Origin: Candidatus Woesearchaeota archaeon
GTDB lineage: Archaea > Nanobdellota > Nanobdellia > Woesearchaeales > JABGUJ01
Direction of reading: 5' to 3'
Length of the DNA: 64,000 nucleotides
NCBI GenBank assembly: GCA_018646625.1
Contig: JABGUJ010000004.1
Location: forward strand, 1-64,000
A program made the translations under genes and the position numbers. Shown piece by piece: positions 37,980-48,600 of this stretch. Numbering within the stretch: position 1 is the first letter of the stretch; each line of letters opens with the position of its first letter. The notes beneath the pieces were generated by a model. It ran no database searches. It was not told where the DNA came from and saw only the letters and a program-made list of their open reading frames with translations.

Positions 37980-39092
37980 ATGAAATATTGCAATAAATGT
38001 GTAATGCCTGACACCAAACCAGGTGTAAAGTTAGATGAAAATGGAGTCTGTGTTGCTTGTAATAACATGGAGAATCGAAAGTCGATTGATTGGGAACAAA
38101 GAAAAAAAACACTTATAGAAATGTGTGAGAACATAAAAAAAGAAAACAAAGAACTTTATGATTGTGTTGTGGCTGTGAGTGGCGGTAAGGATAGCATTTT
38201 TCAAGTTTGGTATATGAAGGAGATCTGCAAAATGAAAGTGTTGGCGGTCTGCGTTATGCCACATCTACGTACTAGAGAAGGGATTGAGAATTTTAACAAC
38301 ATGATGAGCGAATTAGGGGTAGATACAATATCAATAACTCTTAAACCTAAAACGTTCAAGAGTGTGAGAAGAAAAGCATTCAAAGAAATTGGTGAGCCTA
38401 ATTGGACTGATCATTGTACTGTATTTGCAGGCGTTGCAAGAATTGCGTATGCCTATAAAGTTCCGCTTACTGTGTGGGGGGAAGATATTGCAGTTGAATT
38501 TGGTGGGAGAACATCAAACAAAAGAGTTTCTTCGGCAGACGGTTTAAGGGATAATGATTTAGTTAAGGGAATGGGTGTAGATAGGTGGTATGACGATGAA
38601 AATGTACAGAAGAAATTTACATTTTTTTATCACTTTCCTCCATTCGATGAGTTAAAAAAACACAAATTGAAAAGCATATATTTAGGATATTATGTTGAGT
38701 GGGATGGATATACAAATTATCTTAAGGCCAAGGATGTGGCGGGTTTTCAACCAAGACGAGCAGGACCTCTGTCTGGGAATTATCTAGATTACGACAACAT
38801 GGATGAAAAACTATGTGAGATAAATATTTGGTTAAAATACATTAAGTTTGGCTTTTGGAGGCCTACAGATCAATGTTGTTACCACATCTGGAATGGAAGA
38901 CTGGATCGTAAAGATGCAGTGAAGATCGTAAACCAACTTCAGGATGAATTTCCTATAGAGTATTTTCAAGACTTTTTGGATTTTCATAGTATAACCCAAG
39001 AAGAATTTTGGGAAGTGGTGGAAAAGTTCAGAAACAAAGAAATCTGGACGGAATTTAAAGGTGAGTGGAAGCTTAAACATCCACTTGAATAA
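37980..39092 (+). CDS. N-acetyl sugar amidotransferase (WbuX/PseA-like), copy 2
   Basis: CNKC..PDTKP, SGGKDS PP-loop, WGE, KFGF.R. Confidence 0.9.
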   Translation: MKYCNKCVMPDTKPGVKLDENGVCVACNNMENRKSIDWEQRKKTLIEMCENIKKENKELYDCVVAVSGGKDSIFQVWYMKEICKMKVLAVCVMPHLRTREGIENFNNMMSELGVDTISITLKPKTFKSVRRKAFKEIGEPNWTDHCTVFAGVARIAYAYKVPLTVWGEDIAVEFGGRTSNKRVSSADGLRDNDLVKGMGVDRWYDDENVQKKFTFFYHFPPFDELKKHKLKSIYLGYYVEWDGYTNYLKAKDVAGFQPRRAGPLSGNYLDYDNMDEKLCEINIWLKYIKFGFWRPTDQCCYHIWNGRLDRKDAVKIVNQLQDEFPIEYFQDFLDFHSITQEEFWEVVEKFRNKEIWTEFKGEWKLKHPLE

Positions 39093-39123
39093 GGTACTTT
39101 AGGTCGTGAGGAGGAAGTTAAAA

Positions 39124-40110
39124 ATGAATGATACATTCAAAGATAAGGATATTTTAATTACAGGGGGTTGTGGTTCAATAGGATCTAATATAGTTGAGCA
39201 ACTATTGAATTATGATGTTAAGAGGATAAGGGTTTTTGATAATAGTGAACCGGGACACTTTTTTTTACAACAAGATGTTAAGTCTGACAAGGTTAGACAT
39301 TTAATTGGAGATGTGAGAGATGGTGATCGATTGAGTGTCGCTATGCAGGGGGTAGATATAGTATTCCACGCCGCAGCATTGAAACATGTACCATTTTGTG
39401 AATATAATCCCTTTGAAGCTGTAAGCACTAATGTGCTTGGAACAAAGAACATAATATCTGCTGCGATAGAGAACAATGTTAAAAAAATTGTAGCTATATC
39501 AACTGATAAGGCGGTAAATCCAATTAACACAATGGGTGCTACAAAAATGCTTGCTGAGAAACTTCTTGTTAATCCACCGGGTGAGTATGATTGTCTATTT
39601 TCATCAGTCAGATTTGGAAACGTTCTTAATTCTGTTGGATCTGTTATACCTATATTCAGAGAACAGATTAAGAAGGGTGGACCATTAACTTTAACTGATG
39701 AGAACATGACCAGATTCTTTATGACTATTCCTGAAGCTGTTGAACTCGTACTAGAATCAACAAAGAACATGAAAGGCAGTGAGATTTTTGTATTGAAAAT
39801 GCCTTCGGTAAAAATAAGCGATCTTGCGGAAGTTATGATCGAGGAATTAGCGCCAAGATATAACTTTAAGCCTGAAGATATAAAAGTGCAATACATAGGG
39901 GTTAGAGCTGGAGAAAAGTTATACGAATCTCTTCTTACCGAAGAAGAATGTTCTATTACTGAAGAAAAAGACAATATGTTTGTTATATATCCAGATCCGC
40001 ATAGCAAATTCACTGGTAATGCGGTTAAACAAATAGTAACTTCAAATAATGTGAAATTATTGGACAAAAAAGAAATAAAAGAGTTATTGTATGATAAGAA
40101 AATAATTTAA
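39124..40110 (+). CDS. UDP-GlcNAc 4,6-dehydratase (Polysacc_synt_2; PglF/CapD/FnlA-like)
   Basis: TGGCGSIG, HAAALKHVP, STDKA, MGATK, RFGNV, GEKLYE. Confidence 0.92.
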   Translation: MNDTFKDKDILITGGCGSIGSNIVEQLLNYDVKRIRVFDNSEPGHFFLQQDVKSDKVRHLIGDVRDGDRLSVAMQGVDIVFHAAALKHVPFCEYNPFEAVSTNVLGTKNIISAAIENNVKKIVAISTDKAVNPINTMGATKMLAEKLLVNPPGEYDCLFSSVRFGNVLNSVGSVIPIFREQIKKGGPLTLTDENMTRFFMTIPEAVELVLESTKNMKGSEIFVLKMPSVKISDLAEVMIEELAPRYNFKPEDIKVQYIGVRAGEKLYESLLTEEECSITEEKDNMFVIYPDPHSKFTGNAVKQIVTSNNVKLLDKKEIKELLYDKKII

Positions 40111-40979
40111 CTAAATCGCCAGATATCAAGAACCTTATTTAATAATGATTTAGGATTTAATACATACATTTTTACGCCTTTTTTCTTAAATGTAGGTAAC
40201 CATTCCAATATTATTTTAATAGCAACATTGGCGGTTTGATGTTCTTCTTTACACGATTCTCCTTTAATAAGGGTGCCATTTTCTATCTGCGGCGAATCTG
40301 AATAGTTAGGAGTCCAAGGTGGAAAGCTTTCATCTTTTTTAAGCCAAAAATATCTGCTATCATACAAATCTATTCCTGCCAGAATAATTTTTTTATACCC
40401 CATTAAATAAGCGATATTTATTGATTCTTCTAATGTTGTGAACTTATGACTCACAGAATTGAAATTTTCTCCTAATTTGTTAGATAGAAATCCTTTTATG
40501 TGCGAATTTTCGAACAAAAATATTTTAGATTTTTTTTTCAAAAGACGATTATTTAATAAATAATAAGGAGCAATCATATTTTTACATATTAGGAAGGTTG
40601 TATTTTTGTATTTAACATTCTCTGATATGCCTCGTATATAGGTGGCCATCTCTCTACTTTTCTCAAAGTTTTTCCGGACATATACGGTCATTTCTCTTAC
40701 TACGTGGTAGTCAATTCTTATGGATTCGCAATTATAAAAGTTATTAAAAGCCATAGTATCGAATTTTTCTAGTTGCTTCCACTCCTTTTTCTTTATGTTA
40801 TTGATTGAATAACCGCAACCAAAGATAACTACTGTATCTGACTTTTTGCTCTTCAACAATTCACCTTCGTCTAGAACCCTATAATATTTTTCTTTCTTTA
40901 GCTTTGGCCCTAGAAAAATAAACTTCAACAAAGCAATTTTCTTGTAATAATTCTCCGTTATCAAATATTTTAAGTTCAT
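40107..40979 (-). CDS. Maf/CST-like (DUF115-related) putative nonulosonate transferase
   Basis: IFGCGYSIN, AFNNF, IAYLMGYKKIILAGIDL. Start placed at MNLKYL. Confidence 0.6.
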   Translation of the reverse strand: MNLKYLITENYYKKIALLKFIFLGPKLKKEKYYRVLDEGELLKSKKSDTVVIFGCGYSINNIKKKEWKQLEKFDTMAFNNFYNCESIRIDYHVVREMTVYVRKNFEKSREMATYIRGISENVKYKNTTFLICKNMIAPYYLLNNRLLKKKSKIFLFENSHIKGFLSNKLGENFNSVSHKFTTLEESINIAYLMGYKKIILAGIDLYDSRYFWLKKDESFPPWTPNYSDSPQIENGTLIKGESCKEEHQTANVAIKIILEWLPTFKKKGVKMYVLNPKSLLNKVLDIWRFS

Positions 40980-41267
40980 TGTAATCGATAAACCTATATG
41001 CCTTTTATAAATATTTTCCTTTGTAATTGATTTGTAACAAGAACGCGGTATTTTCTCGATGTTTGAATGTAAATCATTGAAGCAGCAAGAGAAACATTTA
41101 TAAACACTTGGCAGGGTATAATAGCCGTAAAACCTAATATTAAACACAGTGCCTGCGATCATAGATATGTAGGGACAAAGAATGCAACAAAAAATAATCA
41201 TAAAATTTGATTTTTTGAGCTATGTATTAAAAAACAAGATAGACTCTGATAATACAATAGAAGAAGA

Positions 41268-42065
41268 ATGAAAGCGCAGTACACAAAAGATATAAAAGCA
41301 ATAATCAAGCAGAAAGACTTAAGATTATTCTGTTTATATCACAAGATTTGCTTAAAGAATTTATTATGCACTAAGATATTTCATATACCAACAAAAAAAT
41401 TTAATATGTTTGGTTTTACTGCATATTATGATAGTTTAAATGCCTTCTACGCGCAATTTGTGGAGATTTTCATTCACCATTCGTATTATTTTGAATCCAA
41501 AACAGAACGACCTTTGATTGTTGACTGTGGTGCGAATATAGGAATGTCATCGCTCTATTTCAAATATTTATATCCTGGTTCGGTTATAAAATGTTTTGAA
41601 CCATCTCCTGACTCATTTATAACATTGCGAAGAAATATGGACCGCAATAAAATAAGTAATGTACAAATACACAACAAAGCGGTAGGAAATAAGACTGGTG
41701 ACGTGGATTTTTATTTTTCAACAAAATGCAAAAGTTGTACTGGCAATTCTACTAATAAAACCAAAGTTAATTTAGCTAAACACAAAAAAATTAAGACGGG
41801 TATGGTGAAATTAAGTTCATTCAAGTTTGATATTGATTATTTAAAATTAGATATTGAAGGCGGAGAAGGGGAAGTTATAAAAGATCTGGCAGAACATAAT
41901 TTATTAGAAAAGATTAAGATAATTAATTTAGAATACCACCCTTGTGAAAATAATAGTTTATCTGAGATACTTGCCAGGTTAGAAAAAGCAAGATTTCATT
42001 ATGTAATTAAGCCAAGCCCGATAGGTAAAACATTGCTTATTGAGTGTGTGCGTCAAAATAACTGA
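41268..42065 (+). CDS. FkbM family methyltransferase
   Basis: DCGANIG, FEP, KLDIEGGE. Confidence 0.92.
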   Translation: MKAQYTKDIKAIIKQKDLRLFCLYHKICLKNLLCTKIFHIPTKKFNMFGFTAYYDSLNAFYAQFVEIFIHHSYYFESKTERPLIVDCGANIGMSSLYFKYLYPGSVIKCFEPSPDSFITLRRNMDRNKISNVQIHNKAVGNKTGDVDFYFSTKCKSCTGNSTNKTKVNLAKHKKIKTGMVKLSSFKFDIDYLKLDIEGGEGEVIKDLAEHNLLEKIKIINLEYHPCENNSLSEILARLEKARFHYVIKPSPIGKTLLIECVRQNN

Positions 42066-42091
42066 ATTTAGCTATGGACTAGTATTCTTGT

Positions 42092-43231
42092 TTATCTAAG
42101 CCCAATTCTAAGAACTTTCGTTTTTCTTAATTTTCTCCATTCAGTAAGGTATTCTTCACTAATGACTTTCCAGTCCTTATTTTTCACAGTAAATTTTCGG
42201 ATATTGGATTTATCTTTCTTAAACTTTGGAGACTTAAAATACGAGATTATATCTTTTGCAGCCTTCTCTTTATTCTTAAAATTAATAACTTTACCGCACT
42301 TTGACTCATCTACTATGTGGCTCATATTATAGATATCTGACACAATACAAGGAAGGCCTTGACTCATTGCTTCTAAAAGAGTAAGAGGTTGTCCTTCATA
42401 AAAACTCGCTAGAATAAATGCGTCTGCGGAGCTATAATATTTTGGAAGATCTTCGTGAGGAACTCTGCCGAGAAGAGTTATGTGTTTTGCATTTTTTTCT
42501 TTAATAAACTCTTTTAATTCATTCATAAGTTCTCCATCTCCTGCCCATAAAAGAGTTATTTTGAATCCTTGTTTGTTAATTTCTTCAACAGTTTCAACAA
42601 GGCCAAAAGGATTCTTTTGATATGCAATACGTCCAACACATAAGATGACTTTTGATCCTTTAGGTATCTTGGTAGGGCATTTCTGATTCGGAATTGGTTT
42701 GAATTTTGAAGTATCAACACCGTTAGGTATGTAAACAACGTCATTATCTTTTATGCCTAATGAAACAAGCTCTGACTTGACAGCGGGGCTTATTACATTG
42801 GATGTGAATTTGTTTCTTTTATAGCAATAATGCTCAATGATTTTCATGAATTGATAATATGTTCTTACAAAAAGAGAAAAATTTTCCTTTATGTATGTCC
42901 CAGAACGTTTAACATATGTTGTATGAACTGTACTATATATTTTACTTGACTCCACCTTCCGAGTAAACAAAGGATTATGGACCCAGATTAGGTCATATTC
43001 TTGCTCATGATTATTAATATATGTCCGAGCTTTATTCCAGAAAAACAACAGTGCCAGTCCAGCAAATTTAACAATTTTAGAATCAAAATTGAATTGTATA
43101 TCTCCTGAATTAGAACTAATGACTGTACAAGAATGGCCTTTTTTCTTCAAATTCTCTACAATATAATATGCGACGTTAGCAATTCCACTTCCTTTTGGAT
43201 AATATTCTTGAGTACACACTAGTATTTTCAT
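42092..43231 (-). CDS. GT4 glycosyltransferase
   Basis: IPNGVD, VGR...QK, EGQPLTLLEAM. Confidence 0.92.
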   Translation of the reverse strand: MKILVCTQEYYPKGSGIANVAYYIVENLKKKGHSCTVISSNSGDIQFNFDSKIVKFAGLALLFFWNKARTYINNHEQEYDLIWVHNPLFTRKVESSKIYSTVHTTYVKRSGTYIKENFSLFVRTYYQFMKIIEHYCYKRNKFTSNVISPAVKSELVSLGIKDNDVVYIPNGVDTSKFKPIPNQKCPTKIPKGSKVILCVGRIAYQKNPFGLVETVEEINKQGFKITLLWAGDGELMNELKEFIKEKNAKHITLLGRVPHEDLPKYYSSADAFILASFYEGQPLTLLEAMSQGLPCIVSDIYNMSHIVDESKCGKVINFKNKEKAAKDIISYFKSPKFKKDKSNIRKFTVKNKDWKVISEEYLTEWRKLRKTKVLRIGLR

Positions 43232-43233
43232 CT

Positions 43234-44352
43234 CTAAGCACCTCTTGAGTTGTCGTTGAAGTATTTCTGCAATACTTTTTCAATTTTAGGATAAATATTA
43301 TTCCAACCTAATTCTTTCTCTGCAAAAGTTTTTGCCTTTTTCCCCATTCTCTGTCTTAGACTTTTATTCTCTATAAGTTTTTTCAACTTATCACAAAAAT
43401 CATCAATATCAAAGGGTTTTATAGCGTAGCCGCACTCTTTTGGAATTGTATTGATAACATCTCCTACTGCGAAACTTATGGATGGTATGCCGCTAGCAGA
43501 TGCTTCCATTACCGTTCTAGGAGAACCCTCTGCATACGTAGGCAAGATGTTTATATCCGATTCAGATACAAGTTTCATACACTCTTTATGAGATACTTTT
43601 CCTTTTACAATGATATTCTTATACCTAGATGCCAACTCGTTTACCTCATCTTCCATAGGTCCATCACCTACGATAATAAAATTCCAACTGGGTGGGATGA
43701 CTTTTATTATATTTTCAAATAGTTTAACGCCTTTATTTTCTATTAATCTTCCAACAAATATAATATTTTTATTTTCTTTGCGCCATTTAGGATACTTGTC
43801 GCTGTTTAACGCATTTTTAACATAAGATAGTTTTTCGGCAGGAACTCCATACTGTTTTTTGATAACTTCGAGAGTAGGTCCTGAGTTCGAGATGGTGTGA
43901 TCAACATGTTTAAACATCAATGCACCACAAGTACGGTCATAGATAATCTTGGCTAGCTTTGTGACTGGTCCGAGAGATGCTGACGCATCTGATTCTAGGC
44001 TACCTCTATAGAAATGAACTATGGGTTTTTGGAACTTACCTATTTTTCTAAACCAAACCAAGCGACTATTCATTTCATACATATAGCTAAATAAACAAAC
44101 AACATCGCCCCATTCAACATGACTTTTTACTTTGTGCCATAGATTCAATGCAATAGGATTACGTCCTAAAAGCCTAATGGCGTAAGGAATTTCAATGACT
44201 TCAAGATCTTTATGATCAACATTCTCGTCTTTGGCCACTATTACCCGCACTGAATGTCCATGTTTCTCCAATTGCTTACAAGTATTATAACAAGATTCTG
44301 CAAGTCCCGCTGAAAATGGAAACCAATCCGGACACACCATTAATATTTTCAT
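43234..44352 (-). CDS. GT4 glycosyltransferase
   Basis: VGRL..NKG, EGSPRTVMEA. Confidence 0.92.
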   Translation of the reverse strand: MKILMVCPDWFPFSAGLAESCYNTCKQLEKHGHSVRVIVAKDENVDHKDLEVIEIPYAIRLLGRNPIALNLWHKVKSHVEWGDVVCLFSYMYEMNSRLVWFRKIGKFQKPIVHFYRGSLESDASASLGPVTKLAKIIYDRTCGALMFKHVDHTISNSGPTLEVIKKQYGVPAEKLSYVKNALNSDKYPKWRKENKNIIFVGRLIENKGVKLFENIIKVIPPSWNFIIVGDGPMEDEVNELASRYKNIIVKGKVSHKECMKLVSESDINILPTYAEGSPRTVMEASASGIPSISFAVGDVINTIPKECGYAIKPFDIDDFCDKLKKLIENKSLRQRMGKKAKTFAEKELGWNNIYPKIEKVLQKYFNDNSRGA

Positions 44353-44723
44353 TTTTTAATTTTTTCCAACTTTTTCTCTACGCGATCAAGACGCTCAATT
44401 ATCTCTTTAAAGTAAGGATTTCTACTGCCACTTACTCTTGCTTCTTCTTTATGAAATCCGAACTTGTAGTCTGCATAACCTAAAAGAGATAAGATGGCAA
44501 TTGAGATTACAAAAATAGGGAAGAACCATTTGGTTATATGGACATTTAACCCATACTCTTGAAGTTTGGAAAGCATCAAGAATAATATCATTCCAGAATT
44601 CAGAAGAGAAATATAAGACATCGACCTATTTATATTGACCTTACTCTCTGTAAAAACTCTCCTAAAACTAAGAAGATTACTTATTAGTCTTTTTCCCAAT
44701 TTTAACACCTTTAATTGCAACAT
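44349..44723 (-). CDS. Small two-TM membrane protein
   Basis: Two hydrophobic segments, coupled within the operon; start uncertain. Confidence 0.65.
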   Translation of the reverse strand: MLQLKVLKLGKRLISNLLSFRRVFTESKVNINRSMSYISLLNSGMILFLMLSKLQEYGLNVHITKWFFPIFVISIAILSLLGYADYKFGFHKEEARVSGSRNPYFKEIIERLDRVEKKLEKIKK

Positions 44724-45036
44724 CTCTTACAAGATCTTCAACCTTCTTTTGAGTTTGCTTAGTAATAATGTACATCCTAAACAATATGACCGAGAATATG
44801 AGGAAACCACCAATAACAAAGAAATCTACTGTCCTTTTTATTTGCAAAGCTTCCATAACTCCATAAATTGTTTGAGGAATTGTAACCATGATCATGAAAC
44901 CTACCCAAATAATCAGCCAAACAATAAAGCCCCTCTTATCGTACTGTTCACGTTTGTAATATAGAAATGTAAAATATATCATAACCAACGCAAAAAGAAT
45001 GCCAATAAATTGTAAACCAAAAATCATACCCATCAC
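44677..45036 (-). CDS. DUF2304-like membrane protein
   Basis: Three TMs, terminal 'LVRDVAI', directly downstream of a DPM-like GT2. Confidence 0.8.
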   Translation of the reverse strand: MMGMIFGLQFIGILFALVMIYFTFLYYKREQYDKRGFIVWLIIWVGFMIMVTIPQTIYGVMEALQIKRTVDFFVIGGFLIFSVILFRMYIITKQTQKKVEDLVRDVAIKGVKIGKKTNK

Positions 45037-45695
45037 CTACTTATTTTCCACCATAGTATGTGGAGTGCTATCTTGACGCCGTCAACTGCAGTGGTACCTT
45101 TATAATCGTCTGAATAAAGGGTTCTTATAAAGATTTCTTTGTATTTTAAGTTATTCTTACCTGCATTAACTATCATCTCAGATTCCATTCTGTAGTCATT
45201 TGAGGACCATCGAACTTTCTGGTATGCCGAAGATGTTAGTGCTCTGTAACCTGATTGTGTGTCTGATATGTTCATACCATAAATGAGGTTCATTAGACCA
45301 TTCAATACATAATTACCAAATCTAAACACAACAGGCATTTTCTTGCTTCTACGTCTAGAACCATAAATGATATCAACTCCTTTTAGCGCTTTAACAAAAT
45401 TTGGAATCTCTTTAGGTTCGTGTTGACCATCAGAATCCATGAATATTAGTGTTTTGGCACCATTAGCAACAGCATAGTCTGCACCAGTTTTCACTGCGGC
45501 GCCTTTACCCAAATTGACAACATGTTTTAGAGCTATTGCGCCTCCCTTTACCGCTGAAGAATAAGTTTTATCTCTAGAACCATCATCAACAACAACAATA
45601 TTAGAACAGTATTTCTTCGTATTCCTAATTACTTTAGTTATGTGTTTCTCTTCATTGTACGCAGGTATTATTACCCACAAACTCTTTTCCGACAT
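45033..45695 (-). CDS. GT2 dolichol-phosphate glycosyltransferase (DPM1-like)
   Basis: PAYNEE, VDDGS.D, DSDGQH, DTQSGYR. Confidence 0.92.
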   Translation of the reverse strand: MSEKSLWVIIPAYNEEKHITKVIRNTKKYCSNIVVVDDGSRDKTYSSAVKGGAIALKHVVNLGKGAAVKTGADYAVANGAKTLIFMDSDGQHEPKEIPNFVKALKGVDIIYGSRRRSKKMPVVFRFGNYVLNGLMNLIYGMNISDTQSGYRALTSSAYQKVRWSSNDYRMESEMIVNAGKNNLKYKEIFIRTLYSDDYKGTTAVDGVKIALHILWWKISR

Positions 45696-48600
45696 TATCC
45701 CAAATTAGTTGATTCTTTTGCATTGTTTAATGAGTATTGATTATTATCTTTTTTGTCTGTTAATTTTATTATGTGATATCCAAAATCAGATTTAACTGGT
45801 TCGGGAGTATAATCTCCAATCGCTTCTAGAGAAAATACTGCTTTCTCAAACTCGGGAACCATTCGCCCCCTAGTAAAAAAGCCTAGGTCTCCACCGTTAG
45901 GTCCAGTTGGACCAACTGATTTCTCTTTTGCAAGTTCTGAAAAGTCATCTCCTGAATCAAGGCGTGCAATAATTGCTTCAGCCTCCTCAGTTGTATTAAC
46001 TAATATGTGGCTTGCTCTTACTTCGATGTTGGCATCAATTTGCGCTTGAATTGCTGGCATGATTGTCATGTCTTTACAATCCCAATCAAGTTTGTAAGTG
46101 TAAATATCTAAACCAGTTACATCTACATCATGGCCGAAAGCATCATAGCACCACAATCCATGTCCTTCGTAGAAGAACATACTTGTAAACATGCTCGCTG
46201 CCAGCTCGGGAGAAATAAACATAGAGTTATATCCTCCGTTTGTTCGAGGAATTAATGCCAGACTAAATCCTGTTTTCGCTTCGCCTTGGAGTTTCTTTTC
46301 ATGTAAACCTGAAGCATCAGCGTAAACAATCGAATCAGGAACAACTTTCTGTCCATTATTTGTATTTACTGTTGCAGTCATACTCTGTAAATCAACATTG
46401 ACACTAATGGCGTTGCCTTGAACATTATTTGTACATTCCAACGAATTCTCTTTGTTACTACAACTTCGCGGATTAGATATATAACCAGGCCATCCACTTA
46501 CCCATCTATCTGCGTTGTTATTCTGTACATCAAAATAGATGTCAACTGCCTTTTCTTCATCTAATCCAAATCTGGTGATAAGAATATCAACACCGTCTGC
46601 TTTCTTTTGACCTTTTACTGCTTGGTACATTGCACCCTTTGTAAAATCCCAACTACCAAAGTGACCCCACACGCCTGCCTTTCCGACCATATCTTCGGAA
46701 GCAATCATGTAATTATCAATTAAATCATCACAATGAGAGTATTGAAGAACATCTTCGGCTTGTTTATTTGTCAAACCAATGTTTAATAATTCATCTTTCG
46801 CAACAGATCTTTCTTTTCCAATTATTGATTTTAAAGTTGTTATTGCAAGATAACTATCCTTAATCTCTGTCTCACTAGTGTAGTTCTCGAGTTTTTTGTA
46901 AGATTCTTCTTGACCACAGTTCAGCATCTTAATTATATCAACCGATTCCTTCTCAGATGATGTTTGTAAACTTCTGCCAATCCAATGGATTCTTTTACCT
47001 TGATTACCGCCATCATGTGTAACTCTTCTTTCACCCATTGCAACAAACCAATGACCAAAATCCCACCATGAGGATATGATTGCATCATTTGAACCTTCCT
47101 GAATTCTCTGTAGTGAATTATACCAGTCATCGTTAAAACTAGGTACTTCATTTATAGACACATTATATCCTGCTTTTATTGGTTGAATCAACACAAGAAT
47201 AAAGACGATGATCAAAACTATTCTTGTAATTTTATAATTAACATCCAGACTTTTATTAACTAATTTAGGCAGATACTTAACCAAAAATCCTGCACCTAAA
47301 CCAAAACTAACCGCAAATGCGGGAACCATTAGTGCACTAAATCTCAAACTGCTTGCTGCTGCAAATGTTGTTCCTCCCAACCACAACAAAAGAAGTATTC
47401 CGTGAAATGATTTATTTCCTGAAGTGTCCTTCTTAAAACAGAAGATAATTCCTACTAGTGCAATAATAAACAAAAATATAGAACCTGTGTCACCAATTGC
47501 TTTTAACCATGATGATGGATTTAGTTCCGCAACTGTAGTTAGTACATTCGGCCAAATAGTTGTAATGGCTACTTCTTTAAGAGTTAAGAATCCAAGTGGC
47601 CCGGACAACAGTGCTTGATAAAGTAATGTTAAAACATTTTTATGCCATCCATATATCATTGCACTTACGAATGAGAAAACCACGAACGACGCAAAATAAT
47701 ATCCTAATGGTTGATATACGCGTAGAACTAATTCGTTATTCTTAAGATTTTTGAATAGGTTTTTGAAATTTGTAAATTCTTTTATTACCACAAACAGGAA
47801 GTATATTCCGAACGCACCGAGAATAAAACCAAGTATGTGCCACCAACCTGTCCAAGCCATCGAAAATAATATAGTAGACAAACCTGCCAGAACTGAATAG
47901 ATTGCTTTCTTTATCTTGTGATTTTCTAGGCATGCAAATCCGATAAAACAAACAATTAATGCGGGGAACAAAGCATTGTATGGGTCTGTATCAGAGAATC
48001 CTGCAACCGTTCGTGTCATAAGTGCGCTATGCACCGCAAACAGCGAAGAACCAATCAGTGCACCAAAATCTCCGACTAGTCTTTTTGTAAATAAGTATAT
48101 TGGAATCACTGCCAATGTTATCATAATTAATGGCAAGACGAATGCGACACTTAACAGCGAAATATTTTTCCCAAACAAGTTTACAAATTTATACAATAGA
48201 ACTTCCATGAATGCTGCAAATTTAACTCCTCTTTTCTGACCAATCCTTCCATTTCTTCGATAATCCCAAGCTTCACCAGTTTCTTCATTAATACCATTAC
48301 CAAAATTTCCATGATCAACATAATTCTTAGCGTAACCATACCAAAGATACGGATCTATTGCCAACAAATACGTCTGGCCATCATCATTTTGCAAACGCGA
48401 CTTAAAAGATTCAGAGGTATCTTCAATCTGTTTTTGAATATTATCACTATTGTCAATTAGCAGTTGTTGAAATTGTTCATCAACCAACGCCGCTTTATTC
48501 GCTGGAGGCAGATTAGGATATTGTTGATTTATCTGACCTTCAATTTGATTTTGATAATAACCCTCTACAGTTTGTTCTGCCCAATTATCAGTTATAGGCA

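Noticed and set aside
39210..40067. 285-aa antisense ORF
   Set aside because: Lies entirely opposite a clear dehydratase gene and has no motifs
40980..41201. N-terminal extension of the Maf-like ORF
   Set aside because: Spans TATA-containing intergenic DNA and does not look protein-like
41182..41271. 29-codon ORF overlapping the FkbM start (ATGA)
   Set aside because: Too short, with no motif or TM; could easily be chance
15546..44352. Integrated mobile element
   Set aside because: No integrase, transposase or flanking direct repeats seen
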